Positions 19,076-29,925 of a DNA stretch of 64,000 nucleotides are shown here, one piece after another. Under the pieces are notes generated by a model that ran no database searches, was not told the DNA's origin, and saw nothing but the letters and a program-made list of their open reading frames with translations. A program made the position numbers and the translations under genes. This stretch comes from an uncultured Acholeplasmataceae bacterium (GTDB lineage: Bacteria; Bacillota_I; Bacilli_A; RF39; UBA660). The first letter of the stretch is position 1. Every line of letters begins with the position of its first letter. Location of the stretch: assembly GCA_905203475.1 (NCBI GenBank), contig CAJKWD010000001.1, positions 15,599 to 79,598 of the forward strand, written 5' to 3'.

Positions 19076-19104
19076 AGTATACAACAAAAACGAATGTTCT
19101 TGAA
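19076..19104 (-). promoter_or_regulatory. Putative promoter of the DUF2207 gene
   Basis: TTCAAG, 17 nt, TATACT. An AGGTGAAG RBS is present. Confidence 0.4.
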
Positions 19105-19109
19105 ATAAA

Positions 19110-19149
19110 AAATTAATTTAAAAAAAGAGTTATGACTTTTTCATAACTC
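19110..19149 (-). terminator. Rho-independent terminator after the 259-aa orphan gene
   Basis: 8-bp stem gagttatg/cataactc overlapping the stop, followed by U7. Confidence 0.55.
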
Positions 19150-19909
19150 CATTCATCACTTCATCCCATATATCAACATCTATTGGAACTAAAATATTCT
19201 CATTTAAAATATTTAAATTTTCATCTACATTTTCTTTCGTTGTGGTAAAAAGTTTTTCACCTTCTAATTGATCATACAGTTTTCTAATATATACTTTATT
19301 ATCGATGACATTTACAAATTCATAATTTGGACAATCAATATGAATATTAAAATCATCATCGCAGACAATACTACTTTCTAAAGATTGATGTAAAAAAGGA
19401 AGAGAACGTGTGGCATATCCGTTGTATATTTCTTTTTTCATACATTTTCCATTTTCATAAAATTCTAAATTATCTTTTTCTGCTTCTATATATCTAAATA
19501 AAAAACCTGGATATGTCTTTGTTTCATCATCATGAAATGTTTGTCTCTGCATTTCAACGTGTAATTTTTGGTCTTGATTACAATAACATTGAATCATTTT
19601 CGTATTTAAAACCGAATGTCTTTGATTGTCTTCATCCATAATTTTCTTAGTTACTCCATAATATAATTGACACTGCTCTTGATTAACTACATTGAACTTC
19701 AGATAGTAAAAACTATTATTATGATATGGTTGTCGGTTTGCTAAATTATCTTTTTGAAGTATATAAGTATTGTTAGTACATTCCATTTTTATATCTCCTG
19801 GAGCAAAAAAGAAGTTATGAATTTCCGTACATAATAAATTAAAAATTCTTAAGTTTGTTTGAATCACTGCTGGTATTTTTGAGATCAAAGTTTGTTCTAC
19901 GTCAGTCAC
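19130..19909 (-). CDS. Hypothetical cytoplasmic protein with no recognisable domain
   Basis: The open frame is listed from a TTG at 19924. A GTG at 19909 is the better start, with a GGGAGG RBS 7 nt upstream. The gene has its own promoter (TTGTAA-17-TATCAT) and terminator. It contains several Cys and His residues. Confidence 0.45.
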   Translation of the reverse strand: MTDVEQTLISKIPAVIQTNLRIFNLLCTEIHNFFFAPGDIKMECTNNTYILQKDNLANRQPYHNNSFYYLKFNVVNQEQCQLYYGVTKKIMDEDNQRHSVLNTKMIQCYCNQDQKLHVEMQRQTFHDDETKTYPGFLFRYIEAEKDNLEFYENGKCMKKEIYNGYATRSLPFLHQSLESSIVCDDDFNIHIDCPNYEFVNVIDNKVYIRKLYDQLEGEKLFTTTKENVDENLNILNENILVPIDVDIWDEVMNGVMKKS

Positions 19910-19969
19910 ATGAATACCTCCCAACGGTCAACATGATACTATAACAAGATAAATTTTACAAGTCTTTTC

Positions 19970-19995
19970 ACAAAAAAAAGAAGCAATTATGCTTC
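19970..19995 (-). terminator. Rho-independent terminator of the alpha operon, after rplQ
   Basis: gaagc-aattat-gcttc hairpin overlapping the rplQ stop, followed by U8. Confidence 0.5.
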
Positions 19996-20337
19996 TTCTA
20001 CTAATTCTAAGATGACCATAAGTGCATCGTCACCTTTTCTTTCATCTAATTTTAAGATTCTAGTATACCCTCCATTACGAGTTGCATAACGAGGTGCTAA
20101 TTCATCAAATACTTTCTTAACAGCAACTTTATCGTTATGTAAGAAAGCTAATGCTTTTCTTCTTGCTACTAAAGATCCATCTTTTCCGTATGAAATCATC
20201 TTATCAACAAACTTACGAACTTCTTTTGCTCTTGTTTCTGTTGTTTGAATTCTTCCATTCATGATGACATCTTTTGTTAGGTTAGCAAGCATACTTCTTC
20301 TATGTTTGTTTGTACGTCCTAATTTTCTATAAGCCAT
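19987..20337 (-). CDS. rplQ: 50S ribosomal protein L17
   Basis: [20 protein letters not shown]. Confidence 0.95.
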   Translation of the reverse strand: MAYRKLGRTNKHRRSMLANLTKDVIMNGRIQTTETRAKEVRKFVDKMISYGKDGSLVARRKALAFLHNDKVAVKKVFDELAPRYATRNGGYTRILKLDERKGDDALMVILELVEEA

Positions 20338-20352
20338 TATATTCCCTCCTAA

Positions 20353-21303
20353 CTAGTCTTCATCACGGAATTTAAGTCCCATATCTTTAATTTTATCAAT
20401 TACTTCTTTTAAAGATTTTTTACCTAAATTACGAATTTTCATCATTTCCATTTCTGATTTTTCTGTTAAATCTCCAAGAGTATTAATTCCTGCTCTTTTT
20501 AAGCAATTATATGCACGAACAGAGAAGTCTAAGTCATCAATGGATGTTTCTAATTTCTTCATTTTACTATCTTCTTGTTTTGCATTCATAATACCTGTTG
20601 TATCAGCAATTTCACTTAAATTTGTAATAATATTTAAGTGTTCAATTAAGATTTTTGCTCCTAAGGCCATTACTTCTTCTGGACGAAGAGAACCATTTGT
20701 TTGAACATTCATAGTTAATTTATCATAACTTGCATCTTGTCCAACACGAGCATTTGTAACATCATAACTAATTCTCTCAATTGGAGAATACAATGCATCA
20801 ATTGGAATAAATCCAATTTTTTTATTTTCTAATAATTTTTTATTTTCATTAGATGGAACATATCCACGACCATTACTTACGATAAATTCCATATCTAATT
20901 TACCACCTTTTGAAACAGTTGCAATCACTTGATCTTTATTGATAATTTCAACATCAGCATCTGTTTCAATATCAGCAGCAGTTACCGTTTTTTCAGTATC
21001 TACATATAAATGCATTGTTTTATCTTCATCAGAATGATTTTTTACAACAATATTTTTTAAGTTCAAAATAATGGTTGTAACATCTTCTACAATACCTTCA
21101 ATTGTCTGGAATTCATGTGCAACTCCATCAATTTTTACGGCTACGATTGCACTTCCTGGCATACTTGATAGCATAACTCTTCTAAGTGCATTTCCGATTG
21201 TTGTTCCGAATCCTCTTTCAAGAGGTTCTAATTCGAATTTTCCATAATTATTATTTTCTACATAATCTGTTATTTTATAAATAGGTTTTTCAAAATTTAA
21301 CAC
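20353..21303 (-). CDS. rpoA: DNA-directed RNA polymerase alpha subunit
   Basis: 316 aa. RGFGTTIGNALRRVMLSS. Confidence 0.95.
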   Translation of the reverse strand: MLNFEKPIYKITDYVENNNYGKFELEPLERGFGTTIGNALRRVMLSSMPGSAIVAVKIDGVAHEFQTIEGIVEDVTTIILNLKNIVVKNHSDEDKTMHLYVDTEKTVTAADIETDADVEIINKDQVIATVSKGGKLDMEFIVSNGRGYVPSNENKKLLENKKIGFIPIDALYSPIERISYDVTNARVGQDASYDKLTMNVQTNGSLRPEEVMALGAKILIEHLNIITNLSEIADTTGIMNAKQEDSKMKKLETSIDDLDFSVRAYNCLKRAGINTLGDLTEKSEMEMMKIRNLGKKSLKEVIDKIKDMGLKFRDED

Positions 21304-21324
21304 TATTCCACACTCCTTTTCTTA

Positions 21325-21714
21325 TTATCCACGTGGACGTTTTGGTGGACGGCATCCATTATGTGGTATAGGTGTAACGTCAGTGATTGCAGTAATCTCA
21401 AGTCCAGCAGTTTGTAATGAACGAACAGCAGTTTCACGTCCAGAACCAATTCCTTTTACAAAAACTTCAACTTTTTTCATACCCATACCTGCAGCTGCTT
21501 TTCCTGCTGCTTCTGCTGCTTGACCTGCAGCAAATGGAGTTGATTTTTTACTTCCTTTAAATCCTAAAGTACCAGCTGAAGCCCAACTAATTGCATTTCC
21601 ATCTTTATCACTAATTGTTACAATTGTGTTATTAAATGTAGAATGAATATAAGCCTTACCTTCAGGTACATTCTTCTTCACTTTACGTTTTCTTGGTTTA
21701 TAAGCCATTTTCAT
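21325..21714 (-). CDS. rpsK: 30S ribosomal protein S11
   Basis: Position and sequence match S11. Confidence 0.95.
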   Translation of the reverse strand: MKMAYKPRKRKVKKNVPEGKAYIHSTFNNTIVTISDKDGNAISWASAGTLGFKGSKKSTPFAAGQAAEAAGKAAAGMGMKKVEVFVKGIGSGRETAVRSLQTAGLEITAITDVTPIPHNGCRPPKRPRG

Positions 21715-21732
21715 AACCTCCTTTAACGTTTA

Positions 21733-22098
21733 TTATTTCTTTTTATTTGCTACAACTTTTCCTCTACCTTTACGAGTTCTAGCATTACGGTTAGTTCTTT
21801 GACCTCTTACAGGTAAACCTTTTTTATGACGAGTACCTTGGTAAGAATTAATTTCCATTTTTGTTTTAATATTCATGTTGATTTCACGACGTAAATCTCC
21901 TTCAGTTGTGTATTTGTTTACTTCATCACGAATACGAACTAACTCTTCTTGAGTTAAGTCTTTTGCTTTTGTGTTTACATTTACGTTTGCATCATTACAA
22001 ATTCTAGTAGCAAGACTTCTTCCAATACCATAGATGTAAGTTAATGCGATTTCAATTCTCTTGTTATTTGGCAAATCAATACCTTTAATACGTGCCAT
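21733..22098 (-). CDS. rpsM: 30S ribosomal protein S13
   Basis: [26 protein letters not shown]. Confidence 0.95.
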   Translation of the reverse strand: MARIKGIDLPNNKRIEIALTYIYGIGRSLATRICNDANVNVNTKAKDLTQEELVRIRDEVNKYTTEGDLRREINMNIKTKMEINSYQGTRHKKGLPVRGQRTNRNARTRKGRGKVVANKKK

Positions 22099-22115
22099 TA
22101 AAACACCTCCTATTT

Positions 22116-22229
22116 TTAACCTTGTCTTTGTTTGTGTTTAGGGTTTTCACAAATTACCATAACCCTACCTTTACGTTTGATTACACGACATTTGTCGCAA
22201 ATTGGTTTTACCGATGGTCTTACCTTCAT
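22116..22229 (-). CDS. rpmJ: 50S ribosomal protein L36
   Basis: Not in the ORF track because it is only 37 aa. My hand translation reads [37 protein letters not shown]. Confidence 0.85.
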   Translation of the reverse strand: MKVRPSVKPICDKCRVIKRKGRVMVICENPKHKQRQG

Positions 22230-22243
22230 ATAAATCCCTCCTA

Positions 22244-22459
22244 TTATTTTCTATAGGTTATACGCCCGCGTGTTAAGTCATACGTTGAAACTTCTACGGT
22301 CACTCTATCACCTGGTAAAATGCGAATATAGTGCATTCGGATTTTACCAGAAACGCCGGCTATAATCGTGTGTCCGTTTTCAAGTTCTACTTTAAAATTA
22401 GCATTTGGTAAAGTTTCAACAACTTTCCCTTCTAATTCAATTACATCTTCTTTTGCCAT
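22244..22459 (-). CDS. infA: Translation initiation factor IF-1
   Basis: [30 protein letters not shown]. Confidence 0.95.
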   Translation of the reverse strand: MAKEDVIELEGKVVETLPNANFKVELENGHTIIAGVSGKIRMHYIRILPGDRVTVEVSTYDLTRGRITYRK

Positions 22460-22463
22460 TTTC

Positions 22464-23210
22464 TCACCTCTTCGTTAAAATTTCATAACCATCTTCTGTT
22501 ACTAGAACAGTATGTTCAAAGTGAGCAGATGGTTTTAAATCAGCAGTTACAATTGTCCAATCATCATCTAATTCATAGATATCAGCAGTACCTCTATTTA
22601 ACATTGGTTCTACTGCAATGACCATTCCTTTCTTTAGAAGTGGCCCTGTATTTGGTTTTCCATAATTTGGTACATCTGGCATTTCATGTACTTCACTTCC
22701 AACACCGTGTCCCACAAGTTCTTTTACAACTCCTAGATGATATTTATTTGCACACTTACTTACCATATATCCGATATCGCCAACTCTTGCCCCATCATGA
22801 ATAGCAGATAAACCTTCAAACAAAGCTTCTTCCGTATGTTTTAGAAGTTCTTCATTTTCATGACTTACCTTTCCCACTGGATAACTCCAAGCGGAATCTC
22901 CATGATATCCTTTATAGCAAGCTCCAATATCAATGGATACGATATCTCCTTCTTTTAATTTACGATTTGATGGAATTCCATGTACTACTTCTTCATTCAC
23001 TGAAATACAACAAGCATTTGGAAATCCATATAATCCTTTAAATGATGGAGTAGCTCCACATTTTCTTATATATGCTTCTGCAAGTTGATCTAGTTCCATT
23101 GTGGTGATACCCGGTTTTATATATGGTTTAATATATTTATGAGTATCACCGACAATTTTACCAGCAATTCTTAAAAGTTCAATTTCCCTATCTGATTTAA
23201 TACTAATCAT
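22464..23210 (-). CDS. map: Methionine aminopeptidase type I
   Basis: 248 aa. Has the metal-binding D/H/E pattern. Confidence 0.9.
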   Translation of the reverse strand: MISIKSDREIELLRIAGKIVGDTHKYIKPYIKPGITTMELDQLAEAYIRKCGATPSFKGLYGFPNACCISVNEEVVHGIPSNRKLKEGDIVSIDIGACYKGYHGDSAWSYPVGKVSHENEELLKHTEEALFEGLSAIHDGARVGDIGYMVSKCANKYHLGVVKELVGHGVGSEVHEMPDVPNYGKPNTGPLLKKGMVIAVEPMLNRGTADIYELDDDWTIVTADLKPSAHFEHTVLVTEDGYEILTKR

Positions 23211-23871
23211 GAGAAACGCCTCTTTCTAGTACCTCTACAATATGATTAAATACTTCACTTGTAGATTTTGTACTATCAACATGGTATAAATTACCATGAT
23301 TTTTATAGTAATCTAAAAGTGGAAGGGTATTATCTAGATATGCTTGATAACGAGCTTCGAATGTCTGTTCATTATCATCGCTACGAACAGTTAATTCTGA
23401 GCCACATTTATCACATATATTTTCTACTTTTGATTCCATACCAGCGATTAGGTCATTGTAAATTGCTCCACATTTTGGACATGATTTACGACCCAATATA
23501 CGGTTTTTACAAAGTTCTTTTGGAACATCCAAATAAATCACAATTCCATGTTCAAGATGCATCTCATCAAGCATTTGTTCATAAGCTGCTGCTTGTGAAA
23601 CATTGCGAGGAAATCCATCCAAGATATATCCATTTCTACAATCCTCTTGATTCAAACGATTTTGCAACAATTTTAATACAATATCGTCTGAAATCAAAGA
23701 ACCAGATTCCATCAATTTCTTGATTTTGATATCTAATTCGCTATCTCCTTTTGTAGCAGCTCTAAGTAGATCTCCTGTAGAGATATGAGGCAAATGATAT
23801 TTTTCTTCAATTAATTTTGATTGTGTTCCCTTTCCTGCAGCAGGAGGGGCTATGAAAATAATACTTTTCAT
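23203..23871 (-). CDS. adk: Adenylate kinase
   Basis: IAPPAAGKGTQ P-loop, and a CPKCG...CDKCG zinc lid. Confidence 0.9.
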   Translation of the reverse strand: MKSIIFIAPPAAGKGTQSKLIEEKYHLPHISTGDLLRAATKGDSELDIKIKKLMESGSLISDDIVLKLLQNRLNQEDCRNGYILDGFPRNVSQAAAYEQMLDEMHLEHGIVIYLDVPKELCKNRILGRKSCPKCGAIYNDLIAGMESKVENICDKCGSELTVRSDDNEQTFEARYQAYLDNTLPLLDYYKNHGNLYHVDSTKSTSEVFNHIVEVLERGVSHD

Positions 23872-25148
23872 CTTCTTCGTCTTCTTCCTCTTGAACTTGT
23901 ATAATTTCTACTAATTAATTTACTTTCTACTTGTCTGTAAGTTTCAAGTGCAACCCCAACAACAATTAGAAGTCCTGTACCACCAATTGATACACTGGTA
24001 GGTAAATTAGAAAACATTCCGAATACAATTGGAAGTCCAGCAATTACAGCAAGACAGATTGCTCCAACTAACGTAATACGGTTTAATGTTTTTGAAATAT
24101 ATTTTACAGTATCATCACCTGGATGTACTCCTGGAATATATCCACCATTTTTTTGTAAATTTTCAGCAAGTTCTTTTGGTTTTAATTGTAAATATGTATA
24201 AAAATAAGTAAATGCGATAATTAATACAATGTATAATACAAAACCTGTTCCTGTCTGAAAAGATAACCATTTTTGTACAAATAATGTCATTGATTCATTT
24301 TTAATGAGTTGAGCAATTAATCCTGGAACAGAAATAATTGCAGATGCGAAAATGACTGGGATAACAGAAGCAGAGTTTAATTTAAATGGAATATAACTTT
24401 TATTTCCACCAATTCCTGCTCCAGATTGGTTAGCATATTGAATTGGAATACGACGTTCTGCAGATTGTTCAAAAACAACTGCAATAACAATCGCAAGATA
24501 CATAACAACAAACAAGATGAATTTAGTAATTCCAAATAATGTTTGTTGTAAATCTCCTCCCGTTACAAATCCGTTATAAGCATCGACAAACATACTTGGC
24601 ATAGTAGCAATAATACCGGCCATAATGATTAATGAGGTACCATTTCCTACTCCTTTCTTTGTGATCTGATCTCCAATCCAAAGTAAGAATGCAGTACCTG
24701 CTGTTAAAATCAATGCGAATTCCATGTATTGTAATGAAGTTCCATTTTGAATAAATGCAAATGAGAATAAATATCCTTGAATAAATGCAAGAATAATACC
24801 AGTTACACGTGTAATCTGATTAATCTTGTTTCTACCTACTTGACCTTGTTTTGAAAGTTCAGTAAGGTATGGAACAATATCCATCTGTAGTAACTGAATG
24901 ATGATAGATGCCGTAATATATGGCATAACACCAAGTGCGAAAACAGAGAATTTCTCTAACGCACCTCCACCCATTGCATTAATTAACTCTAAAAATCCTA
25001 AATTAGATCCCAATAATTTTGAATCAACTCCAGGAACAATAATTGTTGTTCCTAGCTTAAAAATGAATAAGCAGAATAAAGTGAAGTAGATTCTTTTTCT
25101 TAAGTCCTTATTTTCAGGCTTAAATATTTGCTTCATAGTCGCAAACAT
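23868..25148 (-). CDS. secY: Preprotein translocase SecY
   Basis: 426-aa polytopic protein in the canonical position. It has an RGRRRRR C-terminal tail. Confidence 0.95.
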   Translation of the reverse strand: MFATMKQIFKPENKDLRKRIYFTLFCLFIFKLGTTIIVPGVDSKLLGSNLGFLELINAMGGGALEKFSVFALGVMPYITASIIIQLLQMDIVPYLTELSKQGQVGRNKINQITRVTGIILAFIQGYLFSFAFIQNGTSLQYMEFALILTAGTAFLLWIGDQITKKGVGNGTSLIIMAGIIATMPSMFVDAYNGFVTGGDLQQTLFGITKFILFVVMYLAIVIAVVFEQSAERRIPIQYANQSGAGIGGNKSYIPFKLNSASVIPVIFASAIISVPGLIAQLIKNESMTLFVQKWLSFQTGTGFVLYIVLIIAFTYFYTYLQLKPKELAENLQKNGGYIPGVHPGDDTVKYISKTLNRITLVGAICLAVIAGLPIVFGMFSNLPTSVSIGGTGLLIVVGVALETYRQVESKLISRNYTSSRGRRRRR

Positions 25149-25149
25149 A

Positions 25150-25593
25150 CTAGATCACCTCAGCTTTTCCACCTAATTTTTCTATTTGTTCTTTTGCTGT
25201 TTTTGAAAATTTACTAGCTTTTACAACTAATTTCTTTTCTAAAACACCGTTTCCTAAAACTTTAATTCCACATAATTGTTTTTTCACAAGTCCCATTTCT
25301 TTTAAAAGTTCTGGAGTTACTTCTACACCGTCATCAAATTTATTTAAATCACTTAAATTGATAGTTGCATATTCTTTTTTGAATTTTGCATTTGTGAAAC
25401 CTCTTTTTGGAAGTTTTCTATATAGTGGGAATTGTCCACCTTCGAACCATCCTGGAACTCCTCCACCACTTCTTGCGTTTTGACCTTTTTGTCCGCGTCC
25501 TGAAGTTTTTCCAAGACCACTACCAACACCACGTCCAACGCGCTTTTTCGTAGTTGTAGCTCCAACACCTGGTTTTAATTCATGTAGTTTCAT
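25150..25593 (-). CDS. rplO: 50S ribosomal protein L15
   Basis: [34 protein letters not shown]. Confidence 0.95.
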   Translation of the reverse strand: MKLHELKPGVGATTTKKRVGRGVGSGLGKTSGRGQKGQNARSGGGVPGWFEGGQFPLYRKLPKRGFTNAKFKKEYATINLSDLNKFDDGVEVTPELLKEMGLVKKQLCGIKVLGNGVLEKKLVVKASKFSKTAKEQIEKLGGKAEVI

Positions 25594-26180
25594 TATCTAA
25601 TTTCCTCTACTTTCTTTCCACGTAATGCTGCAACTTTTTCAATTGTTCTTTGTGATTTTAATGCTTCTAATGTAGCGTAAGCCATATTTACTTTTGTATT
25701 AGAACCTAGTGATTTTGAAAGAATGTTCTTGACACCAGCAAGTTCAAGTACACTACGAACTGGTCCTCCAGCTTTTACTCCTGTACCTTTACTAGCAGGC
25801 TTTAACATAACTTTACTAGCTCCTCTTCTTCCAATAGCTTCATGTGGAATTGTATCATCAACGATAGATACACGAACGATATTTTTTGTAGCAGCTTGCA
25901 CAGCTTTTTTAATTGCATCTGGAACTTCGTTTGCTTTTCCAGAACCAATTCCTACTTTACCTTTTCTATCTCCAACTGCTACAACAGCTGAGAAACGGAA
26001 ATGACGTCCACCCTTTGTAACTTTTGTTACACGAGTAATTGTAATAACTTCTTCATCATATAACTTTGGTTGTCTTTCTCTTCTTCTACGTTGTGGTCTT
26101 GATGAATTCTTCTTGTTATTTTTGTCAAAAGATTTTTGTTCTTTTTGAACTGGGTTTTGGTTCATATCCTTATTATCCAT
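25593..26180 (-). CDS. rpsE: 30S ribosomal protein S5 with a basic N-terminal extension of about 40 aa
   Basis: The core reads [24 protein letters not shown]. The ATG at 26180 has an AAGGAGGG RBS, so the extension is likely real. No L30 gene lies between rpsE and rplO. Confidence 0.9.
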   Translation of the reverse strand: MDNKDMNQNPVQKEQKSFDKNNKKNSSRPQRRRRERQPKLYDEEVITITRVTKVTKGGRHFRFSAVVAVGDRKGKVGIGSGKANEVPDAIKKAVQAATKNIVRVSIVDDTIPHEAIGRRGASKVMLKPASKGTGVKAGGPVRSVLELAGVKNILSKSLGSNTKVNMAYATLEALKSQRTIEKVAALRGKKVEEIR

Positions 26181-26197
26181 AACTAACCCTCCTTATA

Positions 26198-26560
26198 TTA
26201 GAATTCTAATCCATTTTCACGTGCAGCTTCAGCTAAAGCTTTTACACGTCCATGATATAGGTATCCACCTCTATCAAATTTAACATTTTTAATTTTTGCT
26301 TTTAATGCTCTCTTAGCGATTAATTCTCCTACTTTTTTAGCAGCATCGATGTTGCTTCCGTTTTCTAATTTTAATTCTTTATCAATAGAAGAAGCACTCA
26401 CAAGTGTAGCATTTGTTTCATCATCTATGATTTGCGCAAAAATATTTTTATTTGATCTAAACACATTAAGTCTTGGACATTCTTTTGTTCCAACAACTTT
26501 TTCTCTTACACGAGCGTGTCTAGCTTTTCTCATTTCATTACGAGATTCTTTCTTTATCAT
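26198..26560 (-). CDS. rplR: 50S ribosomal protein L18
   Basis: Position and sequence match L18. Confidence 0.9.
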   Translation of the reverse strand: MIKKESRNEMRKARHARVREKVVGTKECPRLNVFRSNKNIFAQIIDDETNATLVSASSIDKELKLENGSNIDAAKKVGELIAKRALKAKIKNVKFDRGGYLYHGRVKALAEAARENGLEF

Positions 26561-26587
26561 AGTAAACGCTCCTTTGCTAATATTTAA

Positions 26588-27118
26588 CTATGCTGCTTTT
26601 TTACCTTCCTTACGACGTACATGTTCATCCGCATAACGGATTCCCTTTCCTTTGTAAGGTTCTGGTCTTCTAATGTCACGGACATTAGCAGCAAAATTTC
26701 CAACTAATTGTCTGTCGATTCCTCTTACAAACAATTCAGTATTGCTTGGTGATTCTAATTGAATACCAGCTGGAATTTCCATTTCTACTGGATGTGAGTA
26801 TCCAGCACTAACAACTAGTGTATTTCCCTTTACTTGAAAACGGTATCCTACACCAACTGCTTCTAATTTCTTTTCGAAACCTTTTGTTACTCCAGTAATC
26901 ATATTTGCAATATTTGCATTTGCTGTTCCATGGTATGCTTTAAAATTATCATTTTTTCTTTCTACTGATAATTTATCTCCATCCACTTTTACAGTAATAT
27001 TTCTATTTACTTCAGTAGAAAGATTACCTTTAGGACCAGTTACACGAACAATATTACCATCTACTTCTACAGTAACTCCTTCAGGAATCGATAAAATTCT
27101 GTTTCCAATTCGACTCAT
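26588..27118 (-). CDS. rplF: 50S ribosomal protein L6
   Basis: MSRIGNRILSIPEGVTVE. The start is trimmed to the ATG that has an AAAGGAAG RBS. Confidence 0.9.
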   Translation of the reverse strand: MSRIGNRILSIPEGVTVEVDGNIVRVTGPKGNLSTEVNRNITVKVDGDKLSVERKNDNFKAYHGTANANIANMITGVTKGFEKKLEAVGVGYRFQVKGNTLVVSAGYSHPVEMEIPAGIQLESPSNTELFVRGIDRQLVGNFAANVRDIRRPEPYKGKGIRYADEHVRRKEGKKAA

Positions 27119-27131
27119 ATTATCTTCCTTT

Positions 27132-27527
27132 CTACCAAATGTATGCAAGTACTTCTCCACCAAGAGAATTTTCACGTGCGTGTTTATCTGTCATAATTCC
27201 TTTTGACGTAGAAATAATTGCGATTCCAAGACCGTTTAATACACGTGGTACATCTTGTGCCTTAGCATATACACGTAATCCTGGCTTTGAAATTCTTTTT
27301 AATCCTGTAATAACACGTTCTTTTTTATTTCCATATTTTAATGTAAGAACAATAACATCTTGTACTTTTCCTTTTTTTGTTGTGTAATCACTAATGAATC
27401 CTTCTTCTTTTAAGATTCTTGCGATTTCTAATTTCATTTTTGAAGCGGGTACTTCAACTTCTGTGTATCGCATTTGGTTTGCATTACGAATTCTTGTAAG
27501 CATATCTGCGATTGGATCTGTTACCAT
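27132..27527 (-). CDS. rpsH: 30S ribosomal protein S8
   Basis: [17 protein letters not shown]. Confidence 0.95.
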   Translation of the reverse strand: MVTDPIADMLTRIRNANQMRYTEVEVPASKMKLEIARILKEEGFISDYTTKKGKVQDVIVLTLKYGNKKERVITGLKRISKPGLRVYAKAQDVPRVLNGLGIAIISTSKGIMTDKHARENSLGGEVLAYIW

Positions 27528-27545
27528 AATTATCCTCCCTTCTTA

Positions 27546-27731
27546 CTACCAGCTTGATTTTTTCATTCCTGGTATTTGTCCTTTATAAGCTAGTTCTCTG
27601 AAACAAATACGGCAAATTCCATATTTCTTAAGAACTGCATGAGGTCTTCCACATCTTGAACAACGTGTATATTCACGTACTTTAAATTTCTGTGGTCGAC
27701 TTGCTTTTACTTTCATACTAGTTTTAGCCAT
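27546..27731 (-). CDS. rpsZ: 30S ribosomal protein S14, type Z (zinc-binding)
   Basis: 61 aa with a CxxC...CxxC pattern. Confidence 0.9.
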   Translation of the reverse strand: MAKTSMKVKASRPQKFKVREYTRCSRCGRPHAVLKKYGICRICFRELAYKGQIPGMKKSSW

Positions 27732-27753
27732 AATATTCCTCCTAATTCATTTA

Positions 27754-28293
27754 TTAGTTCTTAAAAGGCATTCCGAAACCTTTTAATAAGTCATACGCTT
27801 CGTCGTTTGTTTTTGCTGTAGTAACGAAAACAATGTCCATACCACGTACTTTAACAACGTTATCATAATCTATTTCTGAGAAAATTAGTTGTTCAGTTAA
27901 TCCTAATGTATAGTTTCCTCTTCCATCAAATGAACGATGTGAAACTCCTCTAAAGTCACGTACACGAGGTAATGTAATACTAATTAATTTATCTAAGAAG
28001 TTATACATATTTTCTCCACGTAATGTTACTTTACATCCAATAGGTTGACCTTCTCTTACTTTAAATCCTGCAATTGCTTTTTTTGCTTTTGTTACAACAG
28101 GTTTTTGTCCAGTAATTTGAGCAAGATCGGAAACTGCAGCATCTAATAACTTAGAATTTGTTGTTGCGTCTCCAACACCCATATTCACAACAATTTTATC
28201 AAGAGCTGGAACTTCCATAATACTCTTGTAATTATATTTTTCTCTTAAGCTAGGTACGATTTCCTTATTATACTTTTCTTTTAGGCGGTTCAT
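27754..28293 (-). CDS. rplE: 50S ribosomal protein L5
   Basis: Position and sequence match L5. Confidence 0.95.
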   Translation of the reverse strand: MNRLKEKYNKEIVPSLREKYNYKSIMEVPALDKIVVNMGVGDATTNSKLLDAAVSDLAQITGQKPVVTKAKKAIAGFKVREGQPIGCKVTLRGENMYNFLDKLISITLPRVRDFRGVSHRSFDGRGNYTLGLTEQLIFSEIDYDNVVKVRGMDIVFVTTAKTNDEAYDLLKGFGMPFKN

Positions 28294-28311
28294 AATTTAC
28301 CCTCCTTCCAA

Positions 28312-28620
28312 TTAGTCAAGATTTGAATTAGATTTTTTAGTACATCTAACTTTTTTTCCTTTTTTATCAGTTGTATGTCCGATTCTAGTTCTTTTCTTTG
28401 TCTTAGGGTCTAAAATCATAACATTTGAAGCATGAATTGGAGCATTCATTTCAACAATGCTTCCAGCCCCTTGTCCAGATGGTTTTACATGTTTTTTAAC
28501 AACATTTACACCCTCTACAACAACACGGTTTTCACTTCTAAGTACTTTTGTGATGATTCCTTCTTTTCCCTTATCTTTTCCGGCAATAACAACTACTTTA
28601 TCTCCAGACTTTAAGTTCAT
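28312..28620 (-). CDS. rplX: 50S ribosomal protein L24
   Basis: MNLKSGDKVVVIAGKDKGK. The start is trimmed to the ATG that lies 6 nt after an AAGGAGG. Confidence 0.9.
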   Translation of the reverse strand: MNLKSGDKVVVIAGKDKGKEGIITKVLRSENRVVVEGVNVVKKHVKPSGQGAGSIVEMNAPIHASNVMILDPKTKKRTRIGHTTDKKGKKVRCTKKSNSNLD

Positions 28621-28642
28621 GTTCATCCTCCTTATTATGAGA

Positions 28643-29038
28643 CTATAACACTTCTTTTGCAAGTGAAACAATCTTCATAAAATTTTTGTCACGTAATTCA
28701 CGTGCTACTGGTCCAAATACACGAGTTCCAACTGGAGTTCCATCATCTTTAATAATAACGCATGCATTATCGTCAAATTTGATGTATGATCCATCTTCAC
28801 GTCTTAAACCAGATTTACTTCTAACGATTACCGCTTTCACAACTTTTCCTTTTGCAACAGTTCCGTTTGGAGTTGCTTTTTTAACAGTTGCGACAACGAT
28901 ATCACCAATATTTCCCGTTTTTACTTTACTTCCCCCAAGCACACGAATAATTGATACTTCACGTGCTCCAGAGTTATCAGCTACTTTTAAACGAGTTTCT
29001 TGTTGTACCATGTTTTTATCCTCCTTTTCGAGCAGCAA
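28643..29038 (-). CDS. rplN: 50S ribosomal protein L14
   Basis: [19 protein letters not shown]. The listed ORF has an N-terminal extension. Confidence 0.9.
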   Translation of the reverse strand: MLLEKEDKNMVQQETRLKVADNSGAREVSIIRVLGGSKVKTGNIGDIVVATVKKATPNGTVAKGKVVKAVIVRSKSGLRREDGSYIKFDDNACVIIKDDGTPVGTRVFGPVARELRDKNFMKIVSLAKEVL

Positions 29039-29296
29039 TTATAAAACGATTGCTTTTTCTACTACTTCGACTAAACGGAAATGTTTGTTTTTAGAGATTG
29101 GACGAGTTTCTACAATACGAACGATATCTCCAACATTTGCAACATTCTTTTCATCGTGGGCAGTATATTTTTTTGAGTATTTTGCACGTTTTTTATAAAT
29201 TGGGTTTACCTTGTAAGTTTCAACTAATACTGTAATTGTTTTATCAGCTTTATTACTTACAACTTTTCCCACTAATTCATGAGTTTTCTTTTCCAT
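29039..29296 (-). CDS. rpsQ: 30S ribosomal protein S17
   Basis: Position and sequence match S17. Confidence 0.9.
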   Translation of the reverse strand: MEKKTHELVGKVVSNKADKTITVLVETYKVNPIYKKRAKYSKKYTAHDEKNVANVGDIVRIVETRPISKNKHFRLVEVVEKAIVL

Positions 29297-29305
29297 AATG
29301 CCCTC

Positions 29306-29503
29306 CTAGTTCTTTTCTAGCTCACGTTCACGTAAAATTGTTTTCATACGTGCAACAAGCTTTCTAAGTTCTTTAATTCTTGAAGGTTTTTCAAGATTTC
29401 CAGTGGCAGCATTAAAACGTAAGTTAAATAGTTCTTCTTTACATTCGTCAATTTTCTTCATGATTTCTTCATTTGATAATTGTCTAATTTCACTATTTGT
29501 CAT
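29306..29503 (-). CDS. rpmC: 50S ribosomal protein L29
   Basis: Position and sequence match L29. Confidence 0.9.
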   Translation of the reverse strand: MTNSEIRQLSNEEIMKKIDECKEELFNLRFNAATGNLEKPSRIKELRKLVARMKTILRERELEKN

Positions 29504-29925
29504 TACTTCTCACCACTTTCTTTTTTAACAAATTTACATCTCATTGGAAGTTTATGCATTGCAAGTCTTAAAGCTTCACGTGCAGTTGCTTCATCAACTC
29601 CTCCAACTTCGAACATAATTTTACCTTTTTTAACAACGGCTACCCATACTTCTGGGTCTCCTTTACCTTTACCTTGACGAGTTTCAAGAGGTTTTTTCGT
29701 TAATGATAAGTGTGGGAAAATATTAATCCATACTTTACCACCACGTTTCATAAAACGTGTCATAGCAACACGGGCTGCTTCAATTTGTTGTTGACTAACC
29801 CATGCACCATCAAGTGCCATTAAACCATATTCACCAAAGTGTAGTTCTGTATTTCCTTTTGCTACACCATCATATCTTAAACGGTGAGGTCTACGATATT
29901 TAGTTCTTTTTGGAATGACTGCCAT
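29503..29925 (-). CDS. rplP: 50S ribosomal protein L16
   Basis: [15 protein letters not shown]. The start is trimmed to the ATG that lies 8 nt after a GGGAGG. The longer listed ORF overlaps rpsC. Confidence 0.9.
   Translation of the reverse strand: MAVIPKRTKYRRPHRLRYDGVAKGNTELHFGEYGLMALDGAWVSQQQIEAARVAMTRFMKRGGKVWINIFPHLSLTKKPLETRQGKGKGDPEVWVAVVKKGKIMFEVGGVDEATAREALRLAMHKLPMRCKFVKKESGEK

Noticed and set aside
28686-29198. 170-aa plus-strand ORF antisense to rplN/rpsQ. Similar antisense ORFs occur at 31688..32038, 25723..26004, 26349..26636, 43869..44252 and 23268..23723.
   Set aside because: These lie inside highly conserved ribosomal or housekeeping genes on the opposite strand. Their proline- and serine-rich low-complexity translations are typical of antisense frames in AT-rich genes. 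None has an RBS.
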